Assembly (NCBI RefSeq): GCF_018350175.1
Contig: NC_058383.1
Coordinates: forward strand, 28,770,001-28,834,000
Source of the DNA: Felis catus
Taxonomy: Eukaryota
DNA: 64,000 bases
Direction: 5' to 3'
Part shown: positions 24,635-36,525 of the stretch, piece by piece
Numbering within the stretch: position 1 is the stretch's first letter
Layout: each line of letters starts with the position of its first letter
Notes under the pieces: model-generated
Database searches by the model: none
Seen by the model: only the letters and a program-made list of their open reading frames with translations
Told to the model about the DNA's origin: nothing
Translations under genes and position numbers: made by a program

Positions 24635-25935
24635 ACGTTGGGCATCTTTTCACGTGCCTGTTGGCCATCTGGATGTCTTCTTTAGAGAAGTGTCTATTCA
24701 TGTTTCCTGCCCATTTCTTCACTGGATTATTTGTTTTTTCAGGTGTGGAGTTTGGTGAGCTCTTTATAGATTTTGGATACTAGCCCTTTGTCCGATATGT
24801 CAGTTGCAAATATCTTTTCCCATTCCGTTGGCTGCCTTTTAGTTTTGTTGATTGTTTCCTTTGCTGTGCAGAAGCTTTTTATCTTCATGAGGTCCCAATA
24901 GTTCATTTTTGCTTTTAATTCCATTGCCCTTGGGGATGTGTCAAGTAAGAAATTGCTGCGGCTGAGGTCAGAGAGGTTTTTTCCTGCTTTCTCCTCTAGG
25001 GTTTTGACAGTTTCCTATCTCACATTCAGGTCCTTTATCCATTTTGAGTTTGTTTTTGCGAATGGTGTAAGAAAGTGGTCTAGTTTCATCCTTCTGCATG
25101 TTGTTGTCCAGTTCTCCCAGCACCATTTGTTAAAGAGACTGTCTTTTTTCCATTGGATGTTCTTTCCTGCTTTGTCAAAGATTAGTTGGCCATACTTTTG
25201 TGGATCAAAACCACAATCAGAGATCACCTCACGCCAGTCAGAGTGTCTAAAATGAACAAATCAGAAGACTATAGATGCTGGCGAGGATGTGGAGAAACGG
25301 GAACCCAGATGCACTGTTGGTGGGAATGCAAACTGGTGCAGCTGCTCTGGAAAACAGTGTGGAGTTTTCTCAAAAAATTAAAAATAGACCTACCCTATGA
25401 CCCAGCAATAGCACTGCTAGGAATTTACCCAAGGGATACAGGAGTGCTGATGCACAGGGGCACTTGTACCCCAATGTTTATAGCAGCACTCTCAACAATA
25501 GCCACATTATGGAAAGAGCCTAAATGTCCATCCACTGACGAATGGATAAAGAAATTGTGGTTTATATATACAATGGAATACTACGGGGTAATGAGAAAGA
25601 ATGAAATATGGCCCTTTGTAGCAACGTGGATGGAACTGGAGAGTGTGATGCTAAGTGAAATAAGCCATACAGAGAAAGACAGATACCATATGTTTTCACT
25701 CTTATATGGATCCTGAGAAACTTAACAGAAGTCTATGGGGAGGGGGGAAAAAAGAGGTTAGAATGGGAGAGAGCCAAAGCATAAGAGACTCTTAAAAACT
25801 AAGAACAAACTGAGGGTTGAAGGCGGTTGGGAGGGAGGGGCGGGTGGGTGATGGGTATTGAGGAGGGCACCTTTTGGGATGAGCACTGGGTGTTGTATGG
25901 AAACCAATTTGACAATAAATTTCATATTAAAAAAA
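24635..25935 (+). mobile_element. 5'-truncated, 5'-inverted LINE-1 insertion (ORF2 C-terminus and 3' UTR)
   Basis: 24635-~25203 is ORF2 on the minus strand ([46 protein letters not shown]); ~25204-25935 is ORF2 end (CWRGCGE...[10 protein letters not shown]) plus 3' UTR and A tail on plus; TSD TAAAGTCTTTGGTAG at 24620-24634 and 25936-25950. Confidence 0.95.
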
Positions 25936-26901
25936 TAAAGTCTTTGGTAGGCTTCTTGGGAGGAAAACGTGATTATTCACGATCTGAGATTTGTGAACAG
26001 CAAGAAATCCGTCTGCTTTTAAATCAGGTGGGGCTCTGGTCCATACAACATATTTATGGAGGAAAATCACTAACCTACAAAATATCAACATTAGGATCTT
26101 CTAAAAATAAATAGAAAACCCACATTGATGGACATTCTATAAAGTATCTGTCCTGTACTCATATCTGTTGTGAGACACACAAATAGTCCTTCTGTTGGAA
26201 GAACTATTCAAGAGCACACTATTCTAGACTTTCTATCAAGACTTATCTGGGAAAAAGTGTCAAAATATGAATAGAGTCTATTGATTAGAAAGTAATATCA
26301 TCAAGTTATTTAGAGACGAAAGGACATCATCTGCAACAAATTGCAAAATGATTCAGGGGCAAACTATGTGTGTTCATATTTATTTATTCACTTAGAGAGA
26401 ACAATATAGCAAATGTGGTGAAATTTTAACATACAGGGAATCGGGAAGAGTTTGAGAGAATTCTTTTTCCTTTTCTTGCACCTTTCCTACAAGTCTGAAA
26501 TTATGTCAAAACAAAAAGAAAAACGAGAGGGTGGTAAGAAACCGTATCTTGGCAAACTTCCTTGGGTATAAAAATATATGTGGCATAGGAAAATTCACAG
26601 CTTTTCTCATTTAGGTCAGAATTAATGTAAAGTCAAGAATGTTAGTGTCTGCTAACAACACAAAAGAAAACCAGGTACCATGTGCCTTTTGACGAAGAGA
26701 ACAACAATCATCTCTGAATAAGTCCCCAGAACTTCAGACCTAAACCTGATTAAGCCTAGATCCAACCGCCAATTTGCAGGAAATATAGAAAACAGAGGCA
26801 AATTCAGACTAAGGAAAATTCTACAACAGTAACATGATGTCTTCAACAGATCAATTGTAAAGGAAAAAAGATATAGGAATACCTATAGATTAAAAGAGAA
26901 T

Positions 26902-26903
<2 letters not shown>

Positions 26904-26966
<63 letters not shown>
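26904..26966. repeat. Compound (GT)n(AG)n microsatellite
   Basis: Read directly. Confidence 0.95.
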
Positions 26967-27838
26967 CTGTATATTGTTTGGGGCAGGGCTTATGGGATGT
27001 CTGAGAAGGTTCCTCTCATGGAGGGGATGGTGATGACAGGGTGTTAGTTGGGGACAATTCATTTCTTTTAAGCTGTTTCCTATATTTTCACAACAAAATT
27101 TGTCTTTGCTGCTTTTGTTTCATTTTGTTTTGAACTACGTTGGTGAACTTAGTGAAACGAATCAAACAAGGTAGGTTACAAATCGTCTCAGTGTTGCCAC
27201 CTTAAGTCTCCTTGAGGAACCGCAGACTTCTCTCCGAAATTGCCGGGTGAGATTTAAAAAATGATTGAAATCAATTTTTTTTTTCCAGGTAATTGACTTA
27301 ACTTCAATTCATGAGAGAAATGCACGCACATGGCAAATATCCAGAGAGTGTAGAAGAATATAAAATGGGATATTGCCAATTTCTTTTCCCTCATCTGTAA
27401 CCCCCCTGCTCCCATTCTGTAGAAGCTTTTAGCTTCTACTTTGTAAAAAATATTGTTGTGTCTGTTCCTTAATTTAGAAAGAACCTATTGTTTCCTTACT
27501 CTAAAAAATGATAAATTTATTGCCATTTGCACCAGCTCTCCTATCCTCTCCACTTCCTGATTTTTGTTACTTAATTTTATTTCTTCTAGAAATAAAAGCG
27601 AACACCCTTTATGCCTTAAAATATTACACTTAAAACTTTGAATCTTGACTTTGCCATTTCTGAGAGTCTTAACTTAGTGTGAAATGAAGTTGAGGACATT
27701 GGTGATTCCACTTACATTCCTCCTCACCTTGCCTCTTCCCTCCCACTTTTTGGTAATTTACTAATTTTCCATCACCCTGGTGAATGATAAATACATCTTC
27801 CATATATATCACTTGGTTGATTCAAAAAGTTAAAGTTA

Positions 27839-28216
27839 CTTTACAGTGTCACCATGGAAATGGCATCCCTCAAAAGAGTTCCTTTTTTAGCTTGTGGTGT
27901 TTCAGATTGATAATTCTGCCATTCTCATTTCATTTCCTGAAATTCAGGGTCGGCTTGTGAAAAGTTGTTAAACAACATGCTAAATGTGAAATGTCAATCC
28001 TCACTCTAAACTTTCCCTGTTCAGAGCATCAAATGAAGAATTCATTGGGTTATAGCGGCTTTCTGATTTTGGTAGTCCATTGAAGAAGGGAGTTTGAAAG
28101 TTGTTGTATACTGATAACGATTGTCTGCCCATGTCCTGCCTGAAATAGCATGATTGTTTATGAAGGGTATCTTTAATAAAGCTGGATACAGTTTGGCTTG
28201 GGAAAAAAAAAAAAAG
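27839..28216 (+). pseudogene. Processed retrocopy of an mRNA 3' UTR end; parent gene not identified
   Basis: Non-repeat-looking sequence ending AATAAA (28175-28180), 22 nt, then A14 (28203-28216); degenerate flanking direct repeat AAAAAGTTAAAGTTA / AAAAAGCTAAAGGTTA. 5' boundary uncertain. Confidence 0.6.
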
Positions 28217-28513
28217 CTAAAGGTTAAAAGCAACATTTACAATACGTTTATGTAAATATCAATCGGGACACAACAAAAATCATGTGAATAGACTCAAAGG
28301 GGAAAAATAACCACAAACTTCTTTTATTTGGTTTGCTTTTTGCCTATTTCAAGAAAAGGTCTGTATTGGCACATATAAGCCAAATGTTCTCACAATGAGT
28401 GGTTTCATGTTTTGTTTTCCTACAATATTTTTCTCATATGTCTGTACTAGCTCATAGAATGCTACATTTACATAGCTGTCCATCCACAAGCGAAATGGTT
28501 TTAACTTATTTTG

Positions 28514-28514
<1 letters not shown>

Positions 28515-28556
<42 letters not shown>
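28515..28556. repeat. (TG)21 microsatellite
   Basis: Read directly. Confidence 0.95.
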
Positions 28557-28558
<2 letters not shown>

Positions 28559-28863
28559 ACAGACGAGTATAAAATGAAAGCTATGGACATTTTCCCCAAA
28601 TGTACTCATAGTACAAAATTTTGGATATAGTTTCAGGAGTTTTACGGGCCTCCCCCTGGGTCACAAAGTAAAAACCTCTGTTCTAAACAGTGTACCCTTA
28701 AAGGCAGGGATCTGGTCTTATTTTTGTATTTCTAGCATCTGACTGTCCAAGATGGCAGCCAATACATATATTTGGGTAAATATTAAATGAACCAATTATT
28801 CGCAGTTTTTCATGGGGGAATAATTTTCATGTTTTAAGTTTGCTTTTAAAGTAGAAGAGGTTA

Positions 28864-29180
28864 GGGGCACCAGCCTGGCTCAGTTGGTAGGGCACGTGCC
28901 TCTTGATCTCGGGGTCGTAAGTTTCAGCCCCACATTGGGTTTGGAAATTACTTGAAAATAAAATCTTAAAAATAAATAAAATAGGTTAATTTCATCTGTC
29001 TAGTTTCTGTTTTGTAGAATCTACTTTGTGACATAATCCAAAGATACTTGGAGGTGGTTTTAAAAAGTAAGATTTTGCGGGGAGCCTGGCTGGCTCAGTT
29101 AGTGGAGCGTGTGACTCTTGATCTAGGGGTCCTGAGTTCGAGTCACACTTTGGTATAGAGATTACTTACAAATAAAATGT
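28864..29180 (+). mobile_element. Two short, older carnivore SINEs (~28864-28982 and ~29078-29178)
   Basis: tRNA-like head GGCTGGCTCAGTT..GAGC..GACTCTTGATCT, GAGATTACTT, AAATAAAATCTT tail; no CT tract. Confidence 0.8.
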
Positions 29181-30379
29181 CTTTCAAAAAATATGAATAT
29201 TTAATGATATCCTTGCTGATATGTTCAGGGATGAAATATATCCATGTCTGCAATTTTGAAATGTATCAAAACAGAAGACATATTGGTGAACAGACAGATG
29301 CTTATGTAATAGAGCAAATATAGGGAATTGTTCATTGTAAAATCTAGAAAGTGGGCATGTGGGTGTTCATTGTGCAACTCTTTCAACTTTTTCTAAATGT
29401 TTGAAATTTTTCATAAGTCGGAAAAAGTGATTTGCTTAAGCAGAGGTACATTCAATGTTGGATCTTGTAAGACATAAATAGACATAAGTCTTTTTTCTGT
29501 TTGCAGAGCTCTGGGGAATCTGAATAGTTCCCGGGGTACACTCTGAACTGGCACGCAAAGGTTCTTTTGGTAGAAAACAATTTTATTAACATACCTGGGC
29601 AATTTATCAAATACAAGTTAGAGAGCGCAAAACATGTAATTACTGCGCTGAAAATATGACCCAGTCATTTACGCAGATTTCCGAAGAGATGCGCACAAAA
29701 GAGAGAAAAGGAATGGTTTTGTGGTTTGTGGTTGTAACGTCATTGCTGAAGTGTTTTCTGACTGCAAACGTGGTACACTAGTCTCTTTCAGTATTCCTCA
29801 GTAGAAGAATATAATAAGCAAATGTATGCCCTCTCCCATTCCTTAGAAACACATGATTCTACAGCAGGGGTGGAAGCGGTTACGGAGGCAGTGTGTGTGG
29901 TGGACAGGCGCTGCGGTCACGGTGCTTAGGTCTGGCTGGATCCTACCTAGACTGGCACCGGGATATGGATAACTATCTCTCCATCATAGAGCTGTTGTGC
30001 CATAAAGTGGAACAGCAGCAGCTGACCTATTATTATCACCTGACATATCATAATTATGGCTTGACATAATGAAAGAAGCCGGACCGGTTGTTTCAAAGTC
30101 TTTTCCATCTGGAATTCCGCGGTGAAACAAATACCCCAGCTCGCATCAGCACCGCTTTTAAACACCCGCGATCGCTTGGGAACCTCATACCTGAACCCCC
30201 GCAAACCCCTAGGCACCTAATAAACTGGCCATCCTGCGCATGTGCGGGGGTGCTCGCTAGCCCCGCCCCTCTGTGGTGCATGGCCTGTTCCATTCCTGAG
30301 GGATGTTGACGGTGCGGAAAACTTGGAAGCCTAGGACAGGGAAGTACAGGTGCGTGAGTAGTATTTCCAGCCTCTCAGT

Positions 30380-31150
30380 GCAAGAGTGGTCACTTGTGGT
30401 TATTATATGTTTACCCCGACGCCTGCGACGGGCTTGCGAAAGTTTGCAGCGGCTGCGCCGTGCCTCCCCCCTCACCTGGGCACGTTAGGGCTGGCCGGCG
30501 GGACGGCCAGGTACGGAAGCCTAGAGGGCCCCGCCCACCCCGAGGGGCCCCGCCCCGCCTCCCTGAGACCCGCAGATTTCCCACCCCGCGGCGACGCCTG
30601 GCTGCTCCTCCCCGTCTCCGCCCCGCCGGCCGCGGCCGCGGGGGACGTCAGCGCTGCCAGCGTGGAAACCGCGGCGCGGCGCGGGAGGCGGAAGTAGCGC
30701 CCGGACCGCGGGGCCTTTATCGGGCTCCGCCGGCCGCCTCAGCCATGGACGCGTCCCTGGAAAAGGTCTGTACTCGGGCCGGGGGGCGGCCCTGCGGCCC
30801 GAGGCCTCCGCCGCCGAGGCGACTGTTTCCCGGTCGCGAGCTGACATTGTGACCGGGGAGGGGCCTGGGGGCTAACTGGCCCTGACCGAGGGGGCCTGGC
30901 CGCGAGGGCGTCCGGCCGGGCGATCGCCGCTGAGGCCTGGTCACGTCACGGGGCCGGGAATCCTTCGGGTGCCCGTGGGCCGAGAGGGACTGGGCCGGTT
31001 CTGCCGGGAGCCCATTGCGGGGGCCGCGGGGCCGACCTTGGGGCCTGCCCGAGCTCGGCTCACCCTTTCGGCTGAAGGAGCTAAAGACTTGCGGCCCCAG
31101 AAGAGCCTGGACAGCAGCCCCGGTTGTTGCAGAGCCGACTGCAAGCCTGT
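30380..31150. promoter_or_regulatory. CpG island and TATA-less promoter of PDXDC1
   Basis: CpG-dense; GC boxes CCCCGCCC near 30529 and 30549, CRE-like GACGTCA 30644-30650, ETS/GABP CGGAAGT 30689-30695, NRF1-like GCGCATGTGC near 30236. Boundaries approximate. Confidence 0.85.
30745..30765 (+). CDS. PDXDC1: Pyridoxal-dependent decarboxylase domain-containing protein 1, coding exon 1
   Basis: Kozak GCCATGG; encodes MDASLEK; donor AAG|GTCTGT; joins in frame to IADPTLAEMG of exon 2. Confidence 0.92.
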
Positions 31151-31196
31151 GGGTTTCCTGTGGTCTCCAAGTTAGGGCGGGGGGGGATTGTTGAAG

Positions 31197-31362
31197 CAGT
31201 GGGTTTTCCAACTTCAGCGTGACTAGGAATCACCTGGGGCCCTTGGTAAACACCCACATTTTCGGCCCTCGGGTGGGGAACCTCGTGGGGGCGGGACGGG
31301 GATCTGCTTGTTTAACAAGTTCTCCCACGTGATTCTGGTGCTGTAGTTTGTGAAGACCCCTG
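31197..31362. mobile_element. MER5A-like hAT element
   Basis: CAGTGGGTTTTCCAACTT..GAATCACCTGGG..TTTAACAAG..GTGATTCTG..AGACCCCTG. Confidence 0.65.
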
Positions 31363-32060
31363 AGGTCAGGAAGGGGTGGGCCTTCTGCGGATCGTGAATT
31401 GCTTTGGGGGATTGCTGCTCTTCCGCAACTTGTGACTCCCCCTTTTCGTGCCCGGGGGAGACGCTCGCGTCGATCTGAAATCCACTGGTAGCAGCCCTTT
31501 CCTCTAGTTTGTCTTGGGGAAGCAGCAGCGTGATGATGCACCTGACCGACTGCTCTGGCAAGGGAAGTGGATTCTAATTGTCCCGGATTTAGGGCTTGTA
31601 ACTGAGAACCAGTGCTTGGATCCCTCTTTGGATACCTATCTGCAGAACCTGACATTTTGCCCGCCCTCAAAGTCCTTCTCCCTCTTCAAGCTTGGGAGTC
31701 TGCCTGTGCAGACCCAATTTTTTTTTTGCACATGTAGAATTCTGGAGCAATGCTAGGGTTTTAAGACTGCTTTATTTTAATTTTGAACCGGTAGCAATAA
31801 CACTTGGTCATTTTTCAGTGCGGCAGTCCCTGTAGATTTGTTCCCTTGTCACTGGAAAGTTGAAGGGATCGATGGTGTCTTCATGGGCACACAGCAACGA
31901 CACCCCGGGTCATTTCTCATAAATTGAGCGGAAGGCAGTCAAGAAAAGAAAAAGATTGTATGTGTTGAGCGTTACATGTTTATTGGGGAGGAATGAAGTC
32001 TTTTGAGGCTTTTGATTAGTACAGTGTCTACCTTGTGGTACTGCGAGTTCCAGGCCAGAT

Positions 32061-32282
32061 CAGTGATTCTCAAGCACGGTGCAGTTTTGCTCCCCAGGGG
32101 ACATTTGGCAGCTTGTCTGGAGTCATTTCTGATTGTCACAACTAGTGGGTAGGCAGGTGCGACTGGTGCCTACTGGGTAGAGGCCAGGGACGCTGCTAGA
32201 CATCCTGGAGTGCATAGGACAGCCTCCACGGCAGAGAATTCTCTGCTTTAAATGTTAGTAGTGCTGAGCCTGAGAATTCCTG
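32061..32282 (+). mobile_element. MER20-like hAT element
   Basis: CAGTGATTCTCAA..CCCCAGGGGACATTTGGCA..GGGTAGAGGCCAGGGACGCTGCTA..TGAGAATTCCTG. Confidence 0.8.
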
Positions 32283-33664
32283 CTCTAGATCATATGTGTG
32301 ACACCCGTAGCTGAATATAAAATGATGCTAAGATTATCTCTTCAGTGTTGTTTCCTGTCCAGTTTCATAAGACAGGATGGCTCTGTGTCTTTTCAGTTAG
32401 AAACCTAAAAACTGGAGTGATCCTTCCTCCAAGAATAGTTTTTTATGGGCAAATCTGCAAAAAAGAGTGGGTCGGAATGCTGCTTGAAATACTACTTTTC
32501 TGGCATTTGATTAGTAGATTACACTGGTTTCTCCCTGTAAACATTAATGGCTGATAAAAGACTTTAACCTCTCCGAATGAAGATCAGAAAAGGTACTGCA
32601 ACTCCAGAGTGCTTAAGGCTGGAGCATTCGCAAAAATGGCAGTGATCTTTGAGGAATTCAGAATGTGTGGGCCGGAAGTTTCTGCCTGCCTTAGGCCAGT
32701 ATGGAAATGCTGAATGTAAGTGTTTCAGAACTAGGACTATGTCTTATTTTTATATTCCCTGAAGCAGTGGAGGGCCTCATACGTAATGAACAATTTCTGT
32801 TCGTGCTAAGAGAGCAGAAAAGAAAAAGAATTCCTACAGTATGAATGTTGAGGATTTTATGTTGAGAAAAACAGTTTGAATCAAAGTAGAAACATTGAAT
32901 TGCATCCATTATTCCTGTTTCTTTGAGGACTAGACTATTTTGGGTGAAATTCTACGTTGCTAATATAAAAATGAGAACTCTTTGAGCAGTTCTGAATGAT
33001 CCCATTTAAACCGATCCTTGCATAATTTATACTGGCTACAGAAACCACAACGTTATTTGATTCCCATTCTCTCATTTCAAGTAATCGCTCTCTCTAGAAT
33101 GTAGTGTGCTATCATCATTTAGGAGAATCAGACACTGCATTCCCTTTGGTCCAGGTATGATTCTGTACGCTTGCTTTTTCTTTAGATAATATGTAGATGG
33201 GAGACCTGCGACAACAGGGCTGTGTTCTTGCTTGCTTTTCTCTCTCAGTACTGTCTGTTGTCTCTGAAATTAGCGAGGTCTCAAGAAACCAGATAGGTCA
33301 GTTGAAGGGGCAAGGAGTTTAAACTGGAAGAGTAGGTAAGGGAGCCTCAGCCGCCCAATACCGTATGTCCAGCTCATAAGGAACAAGGCCCTTTGCATAG
33401 TCGCACAGAGTTTACTTCGGTTAATAGTCAAGTTAAAAAAAAAAAATGCGACAGGAAGGAATTATTCTGATGCTTTAGGTCTTATTAAGTTAACACACCT
33501 ACATACATTTTTTTAGCAAAAACTTGCTACTTTTAACTTGTCCCACAGCCCGGACCTTTTTCTGTTGCTTGGAAAAGCTCATTCTTCCTGGGTATTATGT
33601 TTAGACAAAGTGTGCTGCGTTTTATTTGCGTTTACTTTAATTCCCACCTTGAGTAAACTGAAAG

Positions 33665-34085
33665 CAGGGTGTCTGAAACTCAGCACTACTAGCATTCTGG
33701 GCTCCTTCTCTGTTGTGAGAGGCTGTCCTGTAGAATGTTTATTTTGACAGCATCCCTGGCCTCTACCAGTAACACGTCCCACAGTGTGGCAGCCACAGTC
33801 TCCAGATGAAGCACTTGTTCCCTGGGGGTTGGGGGAACTGCCTCTGGTTGAGAACCACTGACTTGGAGAGTCTGGAGCTGTATGTCCAGTACGGTAGCCA
33901 CTAGTCACGTTGGCCTACTTAAACTTAAATTTAGATTAATTAAAATAAAATAAAAGCTAAAATTCAGTTCGTCGGTCGGCACATTTGAAGTGCTCAGTCA
34001 CAGTGTGGCTTGTGGCCGCACCTCCTGACTGTTGATGTAGAACATTTCCATGCCCACAGACCGTTGTGTTGGACAGCGCTCTAGA
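33665..34085. mobile_element. MER20-like element (-, 33665-33860) adjoining a MER3-like element (~33875-34080)
   Basis: GCATCCCTGGCCTCTACC..GGTTGAGAACCACTG; TGTCCAGTACGGTAGCCACTAG..TTGGACAGCGCT. Confidence 0.7.
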
Positions 34086-35008
34086 GAGGGGCTCGTTTGC
34101 TTGTCGTAGGTCTAATGCTTGTCTCTAAAAGAGGCAACTTTGACCCTGGGTCTGATCTAAATAATTAAAAACCCAGCCCATTACTTTTTCTTGTACTCAT
34201 TCTGAGCAAAAGTCGCCCCCTCCCCCTTGGACCTGATTTTGGAAAATTCTTTCATCGTACTGTTTGTAAGTTTACAAGGAGCAGTAGGAGCATGACTGGA
34301 ACATTCCTGGTTATTAGTGATAAATACTACCAGAATCTCTATTCTGTTTTTTATTTTAAAATCTCACTAAGGAATCCCTGTTAGCCACGTTTGAAATGAC
34401 CATTTTCTGTGGTCTGATTTTGTAGATCTTAAATAGAAAAGGCGACAGGAGAGGAGGATAGCCTGTAATTTTAGTACTCATTTAAAGCTGATCCCTGTAT
34501 CATCATCATGTGAGGGTTTTGCATACAGGTGCATGATGGCTAAAGTGGTAACTGATTATCAAATGTTGGGTGTCAGGGAAAACATGGTACAGAGTTCCTG
34601 ATCCTAAAAATTTACGGTCCCGGTGATTTTTGATTTATTCAGGATCGTGGAGGTAGTCAGTGCAGAGCTGTAGAGGGTCCCCATTCCGGTGTGGGCTCCA
34701 CGATATCTAGGATGATGAGTTATAATTATAGATAGGAGTTGCTTGAGTTTACTGTCAGCTGTTTTTACTAAAGCAGTAACCTGGTTTGATTTATAATTTT
34801 TATTGAAGGCCAACTATGGTCAGAGCCCAGTGCTGAGAGAAACACAAGGTAAATAAGACACGATCCTCGCAGGAGGTTATGTTCTGGTTGGGGATACATG
34901 TTTACACAAGTCCTTGTATAACAAGGAGGGGTTAAAAAGTATCAAGGAAACAATGGGGAATGCATGAACTTGAGTGACCAGGAAAGATTTCTGTGGAAGA
35001 GATTCTTT

Positions 35009-35234
35009 TTTTCAACGTTTTTTTTTTTTTTTTTTTTTTTATTATTTTGGGGACAGAGAGAGACAGAGCATGAACGGGGGAGGGGCAGAGAGAGAGGGAG
35101 ACACAGAATCGGAAACAGGCTCCAGGCTCCGAGCCATCAGCCCAGAGCCCGACGCGGGGCTCGAACTCACGGACCGCGAGATCGTGACCTGGCTGAAGTC
35201 GGACGCTTAACCGACTGCGCCACCCAGGCGCCCC
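35009..35234 (-). mobile_element. Young SINEC_Fc-type SINE
   Basis: CpGs intact; 19-bp TSD TCTGTGGAAGAGATTCTTT at 34990-35008 and 35235-35253. Confidence 0.95.
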
Positions 35235-35859
35235 TCTGTGGAAGAGATTCTTTAGGTAGAATATTTAGTTCAGAATCCTGGCTTTTCTAGAGTGTTTTAA
35301 AAATGTAAATAAAATGTGGATGCTTACTTTATTATATGATTGTGCCTCATATTACTCCTGGTAGAACATAAATTAAGGGAAAGGAAATCTGCTTCATATT
35401 TTGAAGTTAGACATCAAAAATACGCTTCCAATCACTTTGAAAATGTCCACAATCTGAAATCGCTCTTTTCTAAGCAATATTCAAAATTAAAATATTATTT
35501 TTAATTTATTATTTAATTTTTGTTCTTGCAGTCGTTTTTGCTTTCTTAAATGTTAAGTATTTAGTTGCCTTAAAGTTGGATAGTCCTTGAGGTCTAGCCT
35601 GGGATCCCATCCACATTTTATTTCTGTGGAAAATGCATTCTGAGTTTCAAATGACTGAGGGAGGAGTATGCTTTTCCAACATAATCTTCTTCCTATATGC
35701 AGAAAAGCAGAAACAGCAAAATAAAGCCTTCACTTTAAAATGCAACTCCATGACACCTGAACATTTAGCTACAGTGAGCTTCTCAGGATCCTAGTGAGAC
35801 CGGACATTATATTAGGTGCAGTCCTATGAAATGTAATTTTGTACATTAAAAACAGTTGA

Positions 35860-36525
35860 GGAGTGACTGGGTGGCTCAGTCAGGTCACGACCTCATGGTT
35901 CATGAGATCAAGCCCCAAGTTCGGCTCTGCACTGGCAGAGTTAGGATTCTTTCTCTCCCCCTCTCCCTACCCCTCCCCTGCTTGTGCTCTCTCTCACTCA
36001 AGCTAAATAAATAAACATTAAAAAAAAAAAAAAAAAAAAAAAGACAGGGGCACCTGGGTGGCTCATTTAGTTAAGCATCTGACTTGAGCTCAGGTCATGA
36101 TCTCACAGTTGGTGAGTTTGAGTCCTGCGTCAGGTGAGCTCATGCCCTGCTTAGGGTGAGCCCCACTTTGGGTGAGCCCCCTCTTCTCTCTCCCCCGTCT
36201 CTCCCCCGTCTCTCCCCCGTCTCTCCCCCGTCTCTCCCCCGTCTCTCCCCCGTCTCTCCCCCGTCTCTCCCCCGTCTCTCCCCCTCTCTCCCCCGTCTCT
36301 CCCCCGTCTCTCCCCCGTCTCTCTCTCCCCCTCTCTCCCCGTCTCTCCCTCTCTCTTTCTCTTTTTTTCTCTCTCTCTCTCCCTCCCTCCTTCTCCCTCT
36401 TTCCCTCCTTCTCCCTCTTTCCCTCCCTCTTTATCTCTGCCCTCATGGGATTCTCTCTCTCCCCCCAATCCTTGCTCACTTGCACCCTCTCTCAAATAAA
36501 TTAAATTAATTAATATATTTAAAAA
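35860..36525 (+). mobile_element. Two tandem SINEs; the second (from 36047) carries an expanded 11-bp minisatellite
   Basis: Heads at ~35860 and 36047; (TCTCTCCCCCG)n at 36187-36341. Confidence 0.85.

Noticed and set aside
25186..25716. 176-aa ORF with a Cys/His-rich motif
   Set aside because: C-terminal end of L1 ORF2 in a truncated insertion with no promoter or RT domain.
27940..28200. Possible snoRNA or scaRNA
   Set aside because: Intergenic, with no convincing C/D or H/ACA box layout; AATAAA plus an A tail fits a retrocopied mRNA end better.
30386..31670. Several 100-164 aa ORFs on both strands in the PDXDC1 CpG island
   Set aside because: Low-complexity Pro/Arg/Gly/Ala products of GC-rich DNA; only MDASLEK is supported by splicing into the downstream exons.
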